Source of the DNA: Candidatus Uhrbacteria bacterium
GTDB taxonomy: Bacteria > Patescibacteriota > Patescibacteriia > 2-12-FULL-60-25
Assembly (NCBI GenBank): GCA_008363075.1
Contig: RHKK01000001.1
Coordinates: 47,758-111,757, forward strand
Length of the DNA: 64,000 nucleotides
Direction: 5' to 3'
Shown: positions 1 to 8,372 of the stretch, piece by piece
Position numbering within the stretch: the first letter of the stretch is position 1
Layout of the letters: the number at the start of each line of letters is the position of its first letter
Position numbers and translations under genes: made by a program
Notes under the pieces: model-generated
Database searches by the model: none
Told to the model about the DNA's origin: nothing
The model's input: the letters and a program-made list of their open reading frames with translations, nothing else

Positions 1-68
1 GTCCAACGCCGGCGCCGATTCGATGGGCGCGGCAAAGTCGAGTTGGAAGACGGAGAGGAGCGGCATGA

Positions 69-659
69 TCAGGCTTTGGGAATCTCGCCCGAGCGCTCTT
101 GCCGATGCGCTTCGACGAGATCGATGATGCGGTCGGTCTTGATCTTGGCTTCCTGCTCGATGAAGTACCGGTTCACGCCCGGGATGGTAAGCAACCAGTC
201 CTTGATGAGATCGACGACGCGTTTCACTTGGACGTTGAGCGAGCGGACCATGCCGGAAATCTGCCCGGCGGTCTCCCCGCCTTTCTTGATGAACCGCTCG
301 CGCGCCTCCTCCGGCATGTCCGGGACGTAATCACCGAGACCGTCCTCGAGGATTTTTTCGACCTCCAAGGTGATCTGGTCTTTTTCGACGGGAGCCGCGA
401 CCTCCTGTGCGGGCGCGGCGGCTTGCGAAGCCGGCGTGACGGTACTGGTCGGCGCCTCTTCCTTTGCCGTCTCAAGAAAATGGTCTTTTTCCGTCTCTTG
501 CGCCGCCGCTTCCATCTCCTTCAGCGCCTCGCGTTCGGCCAACGCGACTTCATCAAGCTCGGCGGACTCTTGCGGAGCCGTCGCTTCGGGTGTTTCCGGC
601 TTCGGCGCCTCGGGCACCTGTTCCGGTGTTGATCCGCCTAAAAATCCGCCGTCTGACAT
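69..659 (-). CDS. hypothetical protein with an acidic Pro/Glu/Ala-rich N-terminus and an ordered-looking C-terminal domain
   Basis: 196-aa ORF co-directional with cysS, lying 21 nt downstream of it. The composition is protein-like. No family recognised. Confidence 0.6.
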   Translation of the reverse strand: MSDGGFLGGSTPEQVPEAPKPETPEATAPQESAELDEVALAEREALKEMEAAAQETEKDHFLETAKEEAPTSTVTPASQAAAPAQEVAAPVEKDQITLEVEKILEDGLGDYVPDMPEEARERFIKKGGETAGQISGMVRSLNVQVKRVVDLIKDWLLTIPGVNRYFIEQEAKIKTDRIIDLVEAHRQERSGEIPKA

Positions 660-680
660 GCGGATAGTATAGCAGATTTT

Positions 681-2057
681 CTATGCTTCAGGCGTAAGTT
701 CGTACCCGTCTTTCGTATCTTCCACAATCCAGCCTTTGGATTTGATGGCTTCTCGCAGCTCGTCCGAGCGTTTCCAGTTCTTTTCCTGACGCGCAATGAG
801 CCGCTCTTCCGCCAACGCCTTCACGTCGCCTGGAATGTCGAGAGGTTGGCCGACAAGTTCCGCAAGTCCAAGACCGAGCACGGTATCCATCCGCGTAAGC
901 ATCGCGCCCTTTTCTTCTCTCGTGGAACCCGACTTTAACGTGTCCCACACCGCTGCGAGTGCTTTCGGCGTATTCAAATCATCTTCCAACGCCTCGACAA
1001 AAGCGGACGGAATCTCTGTTCCGGTTCCGACAGACAGTGATCGCGCTTCACTTCGCAATTTATGTAACGCATTCTGCGCGCCTTCCAATCCCTCCCATGT
1101 GAAATTCAACTTGGATCGATAGTGCGTGCCGAGGCAGTAGTAGCGAAATGCGAGCGGATCGAAGCCTTTGGCGATGAGATCGTCGAGCGTGTACGCATTC
1201 CCCTCGCTCTTGCCCATGCGCTTGCCGTCCACGAGCAAAAACTCGCCGTGCAGCCAATAGTTCGCAAGCGGTTTGCCGAACGCTGCTTCGGATTGCGCGA
1301 TTTCATTTTCGTGATGTACCGAAATGTGATCCACGCCACCGCAATGAATGTCGAACGGCTGTCCGAGCAGCTTTTCGGACATAGCCGAGCACTCGACGTG
1401 CCAGCCCGGGAATCCGACGCCCCACGGCGACTCCCATTCCATCTGGCGCTTCTCCCCCTCCGGCGAGAACTTCCAAAGCGCGAAATCGGCGGGATGATAT
1501 TTCTCTTCGTTCACTTCCACGCGTGCGCCGGCCTCCTTCTCTTCTAGTTTTTGTCCGGACAATTTTCCGTATTCCGCGAACTTGGATGTATCGAAATAGA
1601 TCCCGTCGCTCGTACGGTACGTAAATCCTTTTTTTTCGAGCGTCTGCACGAGATCGATTTGTTCTCGAATGTAATCCGTCGCATGCGGACGATCCTTGCC
1701 GGACGGGACCCGGATGTTCACGCGCGTAAAATCCTTCACGAACATCTCCTCGTACATTTTGGCGATATCCCAGGCACTCTTCCCCGCTTTCGCGGCCGCC
1801 ATCTCCACCTTGTCCTCGCCCATGTCACCGTCGCCGACGAGGTGGCCGACGTCGGTGACGTTCATAACATGGCGAACGTTGTATCCAAGCAATTCGAGCG
1901 CCCGATGGAGAACATCCTCAAAAATATAAGTACGCAAGTTCCCGATGGTGAGCGGGTTGTACACGGTCGGTCCGCAGGCATACATCCCGACCTTGCCTTT
2001 TTTGATCGGCTTGAATTCCTCCAGCGATCGCGTCGCGGTATTCCACAACTTGAGCAT
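681..2057 (-). CDS. cysS: cysteine--tRNA ligase
   Basis: 458 aa. N-terminal MYACGPTVYN..GNLRTY block (HIGH region), WHVECSAM block, KMGKSEGN (KMSKS loop) and a typical CysRS C-terminal anticodon-binding region. Confidence 0.95.
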   Translation of the reverse strand: MLKLWNTATRSLEEFKPIKKGKVGMYACGPTVYNPLTIGNLRTYIFEDVLHRALELLGYNVRHVMNVTDVGHLVGDGDMGEDKVEMAAAKAGKSAWDIAKMYEEMFVKDFTRVNIRVPSGKDRPHATDYIREQIDLVQTLEKKGFTYRTSDGIYFDTSKFAEYGKLSGQKLEEKEAGARVEVNEEKYHPADFALWKFSPEGEKRQMEWESPWGVGFPGWHVECSAMSEKLLGQPFDIHCGGVDHISVHHENEIAQSEAAFGKPLANYWLHGEFLLVDGKRMGKSEGNAYTLDDLIAKGFDPLAFRYYCLGTHYRSKLNFTWEGLEGAQNALHKLRSEARSLSVGTGTEIPSAFVEALEDDLNTPKALAAVWDTLKSGSTREEKGAMLTRMDTVLGLGLAELVGQPLDIPGDVKALAEERLIARQEKNWKRSDELREAIKSKGWIVEDTKDGYELTPEA

Positions 2058-2060
2058 AAT

Positions 2061-2132
2061 GTCTGATGTTAGATGTCAGATGGCAGAAACGCAAACATCT
2101 ACATTCGGCATCTGACATGTTACATCTGACAT
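2061..2132. repeat. heptad-periodic palindromic intergenic element
   Basis: The left arm gatgtta/gatgtca/gatggca is complementary to the right arm catctgacatgttacatctgacat. It lies between the DoxX-like gene stop and the cysS start. Confidence 0.7.
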
Positions 2133-2521
2133 TATTTCAGCCACTCGCGCCAGCTCCCACTCTTCTTGGGTATTCCGCGCAGCAGAAGAAGCGCGAGCGG
2201 CGCACCCCAATTGGCCCATCGTTCGATAAAGTCCCAGATCGGATCGCCGGCCAGCGGACGCACAAGCGCCGTCCAAAATCCCCAAAACGCCATCCAAAGC
2301 AACGCGAGGCGGATCGGATATACAAGGACGAGCAAGCCGAGAACGATATCCATGACGCCGATCCACGGTAAGAGCGTGGCGGCCGTTGTCGCGTCCATGC
2401 CCACGGCGGAAAAATACTTCAACCATCCGACTTTTCCTTGCAAGGCAAACACGCCATGGCCGATGAATTCTCCCGCCACGGCCACGCGAAGCACCCAAGA
2501 AGCTATTTGTGATTGATTCAT
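2132..2521 (-). CDS. DoxX-like small integral membrane protein
   Basis: 129 aa with four hydrophobic segments. The GHGVFAL..WIGVMDIVLGLLVL pattern resembles the DoxX family. Family assignment is tentative. Confidence 0.6.
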   Translation of the reverse strand: MNQSQIASWVLRVAVAGEFIGHGVFALQGKVGWLKYFSAVGMDATTAATLLPWIGVMDIVLGLLVLVYPIRLALLWMAFWGFWTALVRPLAGDPIWDFIERWANWGAPLALLLLRGIPKKSGSWREWLK

Positions 2522-2524
2522 AGG

Positions 2525-3070
2525 TTACCCAAGCCACTCACGCAGCTTCGGATATTTGGAACAGACGGGCAACGATGCGCACCAAGGCTCAAGTCCCCAC
2601 ACGCGGCCGGCGCGGAAAGCGTGCAAGACCAGCAAACCGAACACGTAGATGATGTGCTCGTCCACGATGAATGCGTTCGGGTTCGGTTTGGGGAAATCGA
2701 GCGCGAGGTAATACAAGATCATGAGCACGATGCCGAGTGCGGTACTCGCACGCACGAAGATGCCGAGCAGCAGCGAGACGCCGAGCAAGGTGAGCCCCCA
2801 CTCGTTCATGAAGTTGACGACGGGCAAGATGGCGGGATGCAGCATCGCGCCGTAGATCGCGGCGAACGACTTTGCGCCCTTGAGATACCCTGCGGCTGAC
2901 CAAGCGGGATTCAGGACCTTGACGATTCCGGCGTAGAAAAAGAGCCACCCCATGGACACGCGCAGGAGAAAAAGGGCGCGCCTCTGGTTGAGCGAGAACG
3001 AAAGCTGATTCACGGGCATGGGCATAGGATACTGGATTGTTTGATCAAGTGCGAATAATAAGTTCTTCAA
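2525..3070 (-). CDS. DoxX family membrane protein
   Basis: 181 aa. The RVSMGWLFFYAGIVKV..WSAAGYL pattern is typical of DoxX. The start may instead be M16 (3025), which would avoid overlap with nrdG. Confidence 0.7.
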   Translation of the reverse strand: MKNLLFALDQTIQYPMPMPVNQLSFSLNQRRALFLLRVSMGWLFFYAGIVKVLNPAWSAAGYLKGAKSFAAIYGAMLHPAILPVVNFMNEWGLTLLGVSLLLGIFVRASTALGIVLMILYYLALDFPKPNPNAFIVDEHIIYVFGLLVLHAFRAGRVWGLEPWCASLPVCSKYPKLREWLG

Positions 3071-3749
3071 CGGATTGCTTCAGGCGCAACTTCACGGCTT
3101 CGAGGTCGTTCGCGCCGACGCGCGCATAGCTTTGGTACGCGGGATCGAGCGTGATGTCGGGGCGGAATCCCTGCAGCACGTACCGGCGCGCACCCTTGAT
3201 GAGATGTGCGATCGCGCGGAACTCCTCAAGCCCGTGATGCTCCGCGACGACGGTCGTGCGGAATTCGTAGTCCGGCGCGAACGTCTTGATGAGCTCGATG
3301 CTCCGCTTGAGCGCGTCGGCGCGAACGAACACGCCGACAAGCTCCGGATAGCGTTCCGGCGACGTTTTGATGTCCATCGCGACATAATCCGCGAGACCTT
3401 CGCGCAGGATCGGTTCGAGCGCCTCCGGCAGGCTCCCGTTCGTGTCGAGCTTCACGAGGAACCCGAGATCGCGGACGCGGCGCAGGAAAGCGGGGAGGCC
3501 TCGATGCAGCGTCGGCTCCCCGCCCGTCACGACCACGCCCTCGAGCTTGCCGCGGCGCTCCTCGAGAAACGCGAGAACATCCTCTTCCGGGATGAAACTC
3601 GGCTCGAGCTCCTTGATCCGCTCCGGCAGGACGAACTCCGGATTGTGGCAGTAGCCGCACCGGAAGTTGCATCCGGGCGTAAACGCGACACACGCCGTCT
3701 TTCCCGGATAATCGAGCAGCGTCAGCTTTTGGATGCCGCTGAATTTCAT
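3045..3749 (-). CDS. nrdG: anaerobic ribonucleoside-triphosphate reductase activating protein (radical SAM)
   Basis: CNFRCGYCHNPE radical-SAM cluster motif and GVVVTGGEPT. I chose the start at M18 (MKFSGIQKLT..) because it overlaps the upstream stop as ATGA. The longest ORF would start at 3800. Confidence 0.9.
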   Translation of the reverse strand: MKFSGIQKLTLLDYPGKTACVAFTPGCNFRCGYCHNPEFVLPERIKELEPSFIPEEDVLAFLEERRGKLEGVVVTGGEPTLHRGLPAFLRRVRDLGFLVKLDTNGSLPEALEPILREGLADYVAMDIKTSPERYPELVGVFVRADALKRSIELIKTFAPDYEFRTTVVAEHHGLEEFRAIAHLIKGARRYVLQGFRPDITLDPAYQSYARVGANDLEAVKLRLKQSVEELIIRT

Positions 3750-3934
3750 GCGGGTAGCTTGCCGTACTTGATCCGAAAGTCGTCGTTTGCCGCGACGCAT
3801 TCTTCAAAATGCTTGCGCGAGTAATGCTCGGACTTCTTTCCGGGATTGAAGTACGAGACGGGGCGATGATAGCCCATGACGCGGGTCCACACTTCGCAAC
3901 GCGTTCGTTCTTCGGTGGTGTTGATGTTGTTCAT
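3746..3934 (-). CDS. stand-alone NrdD C-terminal fragment carrying the glycyl-radical loop
   Basis: 62 aa from ATG 3934, or 84 aa from 4000. It contains RCEVWTRVMGYHRPVSYFNPGKKSEH, which is the class III RNR glycyl-radical motif (RVxGY..NxGKxxE). AAGGA lies 10 nt upstream of ATG 3934. Confidence 0.7.
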   Translation of the reverse strand: MNNINTTEERTRCEVWTRVMGYHRPVSYFNPGKKSEHYSRKHFEECVAANDDFRIKYGKLPA

Positions 3935-3940
3935 AGTGAT

Positions 3941-4005
3941 TTGATCCTTGAACCCAGAGCCTTGATCCCTGAAAGTCTGGGATCTGGGTTCTGGGATCAT
4001 GGATC
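3941..4005. repeat. heptad-periodic palindromic element; second copy at 32516-32578
   Basis: Heptads tgatcct/tgaaccc/agagcct/tgatccc ... ctgggat/ctgggtt/ctgggat. It shares AGCCTTGATCCC and GGGATCTGGGTTC with the 32.5 kb copy. Confidence 0.8.
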
Positions 4006-4022
4006 GTTAAGTCATAAATTCG

Positions 4023-6137
4023 TTAGACGAACGAAAGGGCGGATTGATGGCGTTCTCGCACGACGGGATCGAACCGCTCGGCCTTGATGCCAAGCGCCTC
4101 GTCACAGCGCGGGCAATAGTCCCATTCGCCCGCGAGATACCCGTGCGTGGGACAAATCGAGAACGTGGGCGTGATCGTGATGTACGGCAACCGGTAATTC
4201 GACAGGATGCCGCGCACGAGCGAGCGGCACGCTTCGGGCGACGTGAGGCGTTCGGACATGTAGCAGTGCAGCACGGTTCCGCCCGTGTAGCGGGTCTGGA
4301 GATCGTCCTGGAGATCAAGTGCCTCGAACACGTCGTCGGTATAACCGACCGGAATTTGCGTCGAGTTCGTGTAGTACGGCGCGTCCTTTGTTCCGGCCTG
4401 CAGGATGTCCGGATAGCGCTTGCGGTCTTCCTTGGCGAAGCGGTACGTCGTCCCTTCCGCCGGCGTCGCCTCGAGGTTGTAGAGATTTCCCGTTTCTTCC
4501 TGATACGTCTTAAGACGATCGCGCATGAAGTCGAGGACGCGCGTCGCAAACTCCTTGCCGCGCGGCGTCGTGACGTTTTCCGCGTCGGCGGTGAGGTTAC
4601 GGATGGCCTCGTTCACGCCGTTAATCCCGATGGTGGAAAAGTGATTGCGCAGCGAGACGAGATAGCGCTTGGTGTATGGGAAGAGACCGCGGTCGATCCA
4701 CGTCTGGATCACTTTGCGCTTCAGCTCAAGCGACGTTTTCCCGAGGTCCATGAGCTTGCCAAGTCGCTCGAAAAATGCCTCTTCCGATCCGCCGGAGACA
4801 TACCCGAGCCGGCCCGCATTGACCGTCACGACGCCGATCGACCCCGTCATCTCGGCGGAACCGAAGAGACCGCCGCCACGCTTGCGCAGCTCCGTGAGGT
4901 CGAGCTGCAATCGACAGCACATCGACCGGACATCGCCCGGATTCAGATCGGAATTGATGAAATTCTGGAAATACGGCGTGCCATACTTGGCCGTCATGGC
5001 AAAGAGCGCGAGGTTTTTCGGATCGTTCCAGTCGAAATCCTTGCCGACGTTGTACGTGGGGATCGGGAACGTGAACGTGCGGCCGTTGCGATCGCCTTCC
5101 GTCATCACTTCGATGAAAATCTCGTTGATGACGTCCATTTCCGGCTGCAACTCGCCGAACGTGTACGCGAACTCCTTGCCGCCGAGGATGAGACGCTTCT
5201 CGCGCAAATCTTCGGGACAGGTCCAGTCGAGCGTGACGTTGGTGAACGGCGTCTGCGTGCCCCAACGCGACGGCACGTTCAAATTGAATACGAAAGACTG
5301 GATGTTTTGCTTCACGTGCTGACGGACGTTCTTGCTCACGTATGCGTCGAGTTCGACGTCGGACGGAAACGACGCGCCGGATGCGGCAAGCTCTTCGCGT
5401 AATTCCATCTCGTACTTTTTCACGAATGGCGCGAGATACGTGTCGAGGCTCGAAAACGCCTGCGCGCCGGCCCACTCGTTTTGTAGCGTGCCGAGAAAAT
5501 TCACCATTTGTGCGACGGCGGACGAGAGGTGCTTGGGCGGACCGGACTCGACCTTGCCGGGCACGCCGTTAAATCCTTCCTCAAGCAGGGCGCGCAGGCT
5601 CCAGCCTGCGCAATAGCCCGAGAACATGTCGAGATCGTGGATGTGCACGTCGGCATTGCGGTGCATATCTCCGATCTCTTTTGGATAGACATGCGACAGC
5701 CAGTAGTTCGCCGTCACTTTACCGGCCGTGTTCAGGATCATGCCACCGAGCGAATAGCCCTGGTTTGAATTGGCTTCCACGCGCCAATCACTACGTTCGA
5801 GATATTCGGAAATCGTCTTATCCACCTCCACCACGACGCTCCGCGCCTCGCGGGCTTCGCGGCGCTTTTCGCGGTACAGAATGTACGCCTTGGCCATTTC
5901 CGAGTATCCCAGGCGGATCAGGGTTTCCTCGACTTCGTCCTGGACCTGCTCGACGGTCGGGACGCCCGCGTCATATACGGCCTCGAGCTGCGCGCGCACC
6001 GACGTCGAGACGCTCGAGGCGACGGACGCGTCGTCGATGCCGACCGCGGCGGCGGCCTTGGCCACGGCGGCGCGGATTTTTTCCACGTCAAAATCGACGA
6101 TCGCCCCGTTTCTCTTTTGAATTTTACATATCGTCAT
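4023..6137 (-). CDS. nrdD: anaerobic ribonucleoside-triphosphate reductase (class III), lacking the glycyl-radical tail
   Basis: ATP-cone start (MTICKIQKRNGAIVDFDVEKI), a long class III RNR core, and a C-terminal Zn ribbon (CPTHG..CPRCDE). The ORF stops 24 aa after the ribbon. The longest ORF starts at 6161. Confidence 0.9.
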   Translation of the reverse strand: MTICKIQKRNGAIVDFDVEKIRAAVAKAAAAVGIDDASVASSVSTSVRAQLEAVYDAGVPTVEQVQDEVEETLIRLGYSEMAKAYILYREKRREAREARSVVVEVDKTISEYLERSDWRVEANSNQGYSLGGMILNTAGKVTANYWLSHVYPKEIGDMHRNADVHIHDLDMFSGYCAGWSLRALLEEGFNGVPGKVESGPPKHLSSAVAQMVNFLGTLQNEWAGAQAFSSLDTYLAPFVKKYEMELREELAASGASFPSDVELDAYVSKNVRQHVKQNIQSFVFNLNVPSRWGTQTPFTNVTLDWTCPEDLREKRLILGGKEFAYTFGELQPEMDVINEIFIEVMTEGDRNGRTFTFPIPTYNVGKDFDWNDPKNLALFAMTAKYGTPYFQNFINSDLNPGDVRSMCCRLQLDLTELRKRGGGLFGSAEMTGSIGVVTVNAGRLGYVSGGSEEAFFERLGKLMDLGKTSLELKRKVIQTWIDRGLFPYTKRYLVSLRNHFSTIGINGVNEAIRNLTADAENVTTPRGKEFATRVLDFMRDRLKTYQEETGNLYNLEATPAEGTTYRFAKEDRKRYPDILQAGTKDAPYYTNSTQIPVGYTDDVFEALDLQDDLQTRYTGGTVLHCYMSERLTSPEACRSLVRGILSNYRLPYITITPTFSICPTHGYLAGEWDYCPRCDEALGIKAERFDPVVRERHQSALSFV

Positions 6138-6191
6138 AGGCAAGCATGAAGAATGAAGCACGCTCCCAAACGCACGGAATGAAAAAAGGTG

Positions 6192-7223
6192 TCACGCGAC
6201 ACCCTTCGTCCTGCCCATACTCCTCGCAAGCCTTCGTCTTGCCCGGCTCAATCTCAGCTTGATCGCGTTTTCGGACGTCTCCCACAGGCTCGCGATTTCG
6301 CGGACGGAATATCCCTCGCGATAGTACAGCCGGATGACGTCGCGGTCGCGTTCATCCAGCATCTCCATCGCCCGGTCCAACTCGTCCCGCGCTTCGAGGC
6401 GCCCGACCCATGCGCGTTCCACGGGCGCTTCGGTGATGATTGGCGAGTCGTGACGCCGATACTCACTCACGACGAGATTCTGCGCGATGCGTAACAAATA
6501 CGTCTGATAGGAGGCGTTGCGCGATTCAAAACCCGGCAGAGCGCGAAACGCGCGCTCGAAGGTTTCCTGTACGAGATCCTCGGCGCGCTCCGGATCGGAT
6601 AAACGATACCGAAAGAATCGACGCAATACGCCCTGATACTTGGCGACGATGACGCCGAATGCCTCCCGCTCGCGTTGGGCGTTCGCGATCAGGGCGGCAT
6701 CCTCCGTCCTGGCGTGGAACCGCAGCCGCATCGGCTCCACGAGGGTGCGGTCGATGAGTTCCAGCAATCCGGCCCGATGCATCACCCAGACGCCCGTGCG
6801 CCAGCCGAACCGTTCCTCCAGCAAGTCCCGGAAACGGGCAGGGGATGCATCCGGCGCGGCGGCGCGGAAAAACTCGTCCCGAAAACTCTCCGATTCATGT
6901 TCGGGCTGAAGCGCGACGTATCCCGTGACACCTCCCCACTCATCCCGCAGCGGCGCGATCGAGAGCGCCACCTCGAACGCGTCGCCGTTCTTGCGCCGGT
7001 TCACGACGGTTTCCGCATACGGCTGTCCTTTGGCAAGCTCGCTCCACATCGCCTGATAAAACGGGCGCGGCATGCGGCCACCCCACAGCTCGGAAGGTCG
7101 CTTGCCGATTATTTCTGGCACATCAAACCCCGTACGGTCGCGCACGCCTTCGGACGCAAACAATACCCGCGACTCCGTATCGGTCACGATCACGGATCCG
7201 CGGATCTGTTTCGTGAGGTCCAT
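6192..7223 (-). CDS. PAS domain fused to an ECF-type sigma-70 family factor
   Basis: The N-terminal ~110 aa look like PAS (VIVTDTESRVLFASEGV..TGF..IIGKRPSELW..NRRKNGDAFEV). The C-terminal half has sigma region 2 (DLVQETFERAF..YQTYLLRIAQN) and region 4 (VIRLYYREGYSVREIA..ENAIKLRLSRARRRL). Confidence 0.8.
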   Translation of the reverse strand: MDLTKQIRGSVIVTDTESRVLFASEGVRDRTGFDVPEIIGKRPSELWGGRMPRPFYQAMWSELAKGQPYAETVVNRRKNGDAFEVALSIAPLRDEWGGVTGYVALQPEHESESFRDEFFRAAAPDASPARFRDLLEERFGWRTGVWVMHRAGLLELIDRTLVEPMRLRFHARTEDAALIANAQREREAFGVIVAKYQGVLRRFFRYRLSDPERAEDLVQETFERAFRALPGFESRNASYQTYLLRIAQNLVVSEYRRHDSPIITEAPVERAWVGRLEARDELDRAMEMLDERDRDVIRLYYREGYSVREIASLWETSENAIKLRLSRARRRLARSMGRTKGVA

Positions 7224-7259
7224 GTCTCCATGGAACCACTCGGACCGACCAAAGACAAC

Positions 7260-7814
7260 TTAGCGATCAAAGCGCGCTTTGATGCGCCGGATCTGCGTAC
7301 GCGCCTGCTCCGGTAACGCTTCTTCCGGAACGCCCCGCATGACGTGAATGAGTTCTGCACGGATCTCTTCCGGCGAACGTCGCTCCTCCAGTCCCTCCTC
7401 CAGGACGCTTTCCACGCGGTCAAGCAGGCGATCATGTACGCGCGAACGACGCTCCTGCAGGCGACGCACTTCCTCGAGCTTGCGTTCCAGATGCTTGCGC
7501 TGGACTTGCGCCTTGGCCTCGGCCGTGCGCGCCGCACGCTCCTCCATCCCCTCGACGTATTCGCGCACGGGATACAACGGGTGGTCCGGCAGCACCGCGT
7601 CGGACGCGTATGCATACCCGGCGGTACCGCCGAGAACTGCCAAAACGAGCATGGCCACGCCTGCGAACCGAAACCCGTATGCCCCAAGCCAAGAGACCGG
7701 CGAGCGCGCGCTCCCAAGTTGCGCGATGCGCGATGCGAGGTGTGCGACAAACGCCGCATCCGGCTTGGCGCGTCGCGCAATCTTCCACAGTCGATATCGG
7801 ACAAACGGGTTCAT
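7260..7814 (-). CDS. putative membrane-anchored anti-sigma factor (DUF5667-like)
   Basis: Start MNPFVRYRLWKIARR overlaps the upstream sigma stop as ATGA. One TM segment is followed by the LPDHPLYPVREYVE motif and a coiled Arg/Glu-rich tail. Confidence 0.6.
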   Translation of the reverse strand: MNPFVRYRLWKIARRAKPDAAFVAHLASRIAQLGSARSPVSWLGAYGFRFAGVAMLVLAVLGGTAGYAYASDAVLPDHPLYPVREYVEGMEERAARTAEAKAQVQRKHLERKLEEVRRLQERRSRVHDRLLDRVESVLEEGLEERRSPEEIRAELIHVMRGVPEEALPEQARTQIRRIKARFDR

Positions 7815-8332
7815 ACTTTTTGATCCTTGATTCTTGAGTCGTGATTCTTCATTTCCATCCTGATCCGTTTCAGCGCGCGGCTTGCCTGCACCCGAAGCGC
7901 GCCCGAGGCCTTGCCGAACACGTCCGTCAAATCCTCGAACCGCCACCCCTCGAGATACTTCATCCGGACGAGCTTCGCGTCTTCCTCCGGCAGCCCGTCG
8001 ATCGCGTCAAGCAGGCGCCGTTCATCATCTCGCAATTTGAGAAGTTCCCGACCGTCCTCCGAGACCGTCCGCGAGTCGATCACGTCCTCGAGATCCACTT
8101 GCGGTCGCTCCTTCGCCATCGCGTTGATGACATGGTTGCGCGCGATGGTGTAAATCCACGCGCTTTGCCCGCGCGAGGGATCGAACCGGTCGTAGGCCTC
8201 ATATGCTTTCAAGAAAATATCCTGGACCAGGTCTTCGGCCACCGCCTTCCGACAGCCAACCCGAAAATAAACGAACGCGTAGATCCGCTTCACGTTCGCC
8301 CGATAAAAGGCTTCGAAGCTCTGTTTGGCCAT
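7811..8332 (-). CDS. ECF RNA polymerase sigma factor
   Basis: 173 aa. Region 2 is DLVQDIFLKAYEAYDRFD..AWIYTIARN and region 4 is LVRMKYLEGWRFEDL..ALRVQASRALKRI. Confidence 0.85.
   Translation of the reverse strand: MAKQSFEAFYRANVKRIYAFVYFRVGCRKAVAEDLVQDIFLKAYEAYDRFDPSRGQSAWIYTIARNHVINAMAKERPQVDLEDVIDSRTVSEDGRELLKLRDDERRLLDAIDGLPEEDAKLVRMKYLEGWRFEDLTDVFGKASGALRVQASRALKRIRMEMKNHDSRIKDQKV
7821..7848. repeat. degenerate heptad array (tgatcct/tgattct/tgagtcg/tgattct) in the sigma C-terminus and anti-sigma start
   Basis: Read directly from the sequence. The same TGATTCT unit recurs at 57694-57721. Confidence 0.6.
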
Positions 8333-8372
8333 CCGATCTACGGTATGGAATTACCGACCAAAAGGTCAAACG

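Noticed and set aside
1-66. A possible 5' end of another minus-strand gene (ATG at 66, MPLLSVFQLDFAAPIESAPALD..) leaving the window.
   Set aside because: Only 22 codons are visible. There is too little sequence to support a call.
3935-4000. The longer 84-aa version of the glycyl-radical mini-ORF, starting at ATG 4000.
   Set aside because: The extra N-terminal 22 aa (MIPEPRSQTFRDQGSGFKDQIT) are simply the translation of the palindromic heptad repeat. ATG 3934 has an AAGGA at suitable spacing. The longer form cannot be excluded.
4007-4549. A 180-aa minus-strand ORF overlapping nrdD in another frame.
   Set aside because: It is an Arg/Thr/Ser-rich out-of-frame shadow of nrdD. It also cannot bridge nrdD to the mini-ORF, because it stops at 4007.
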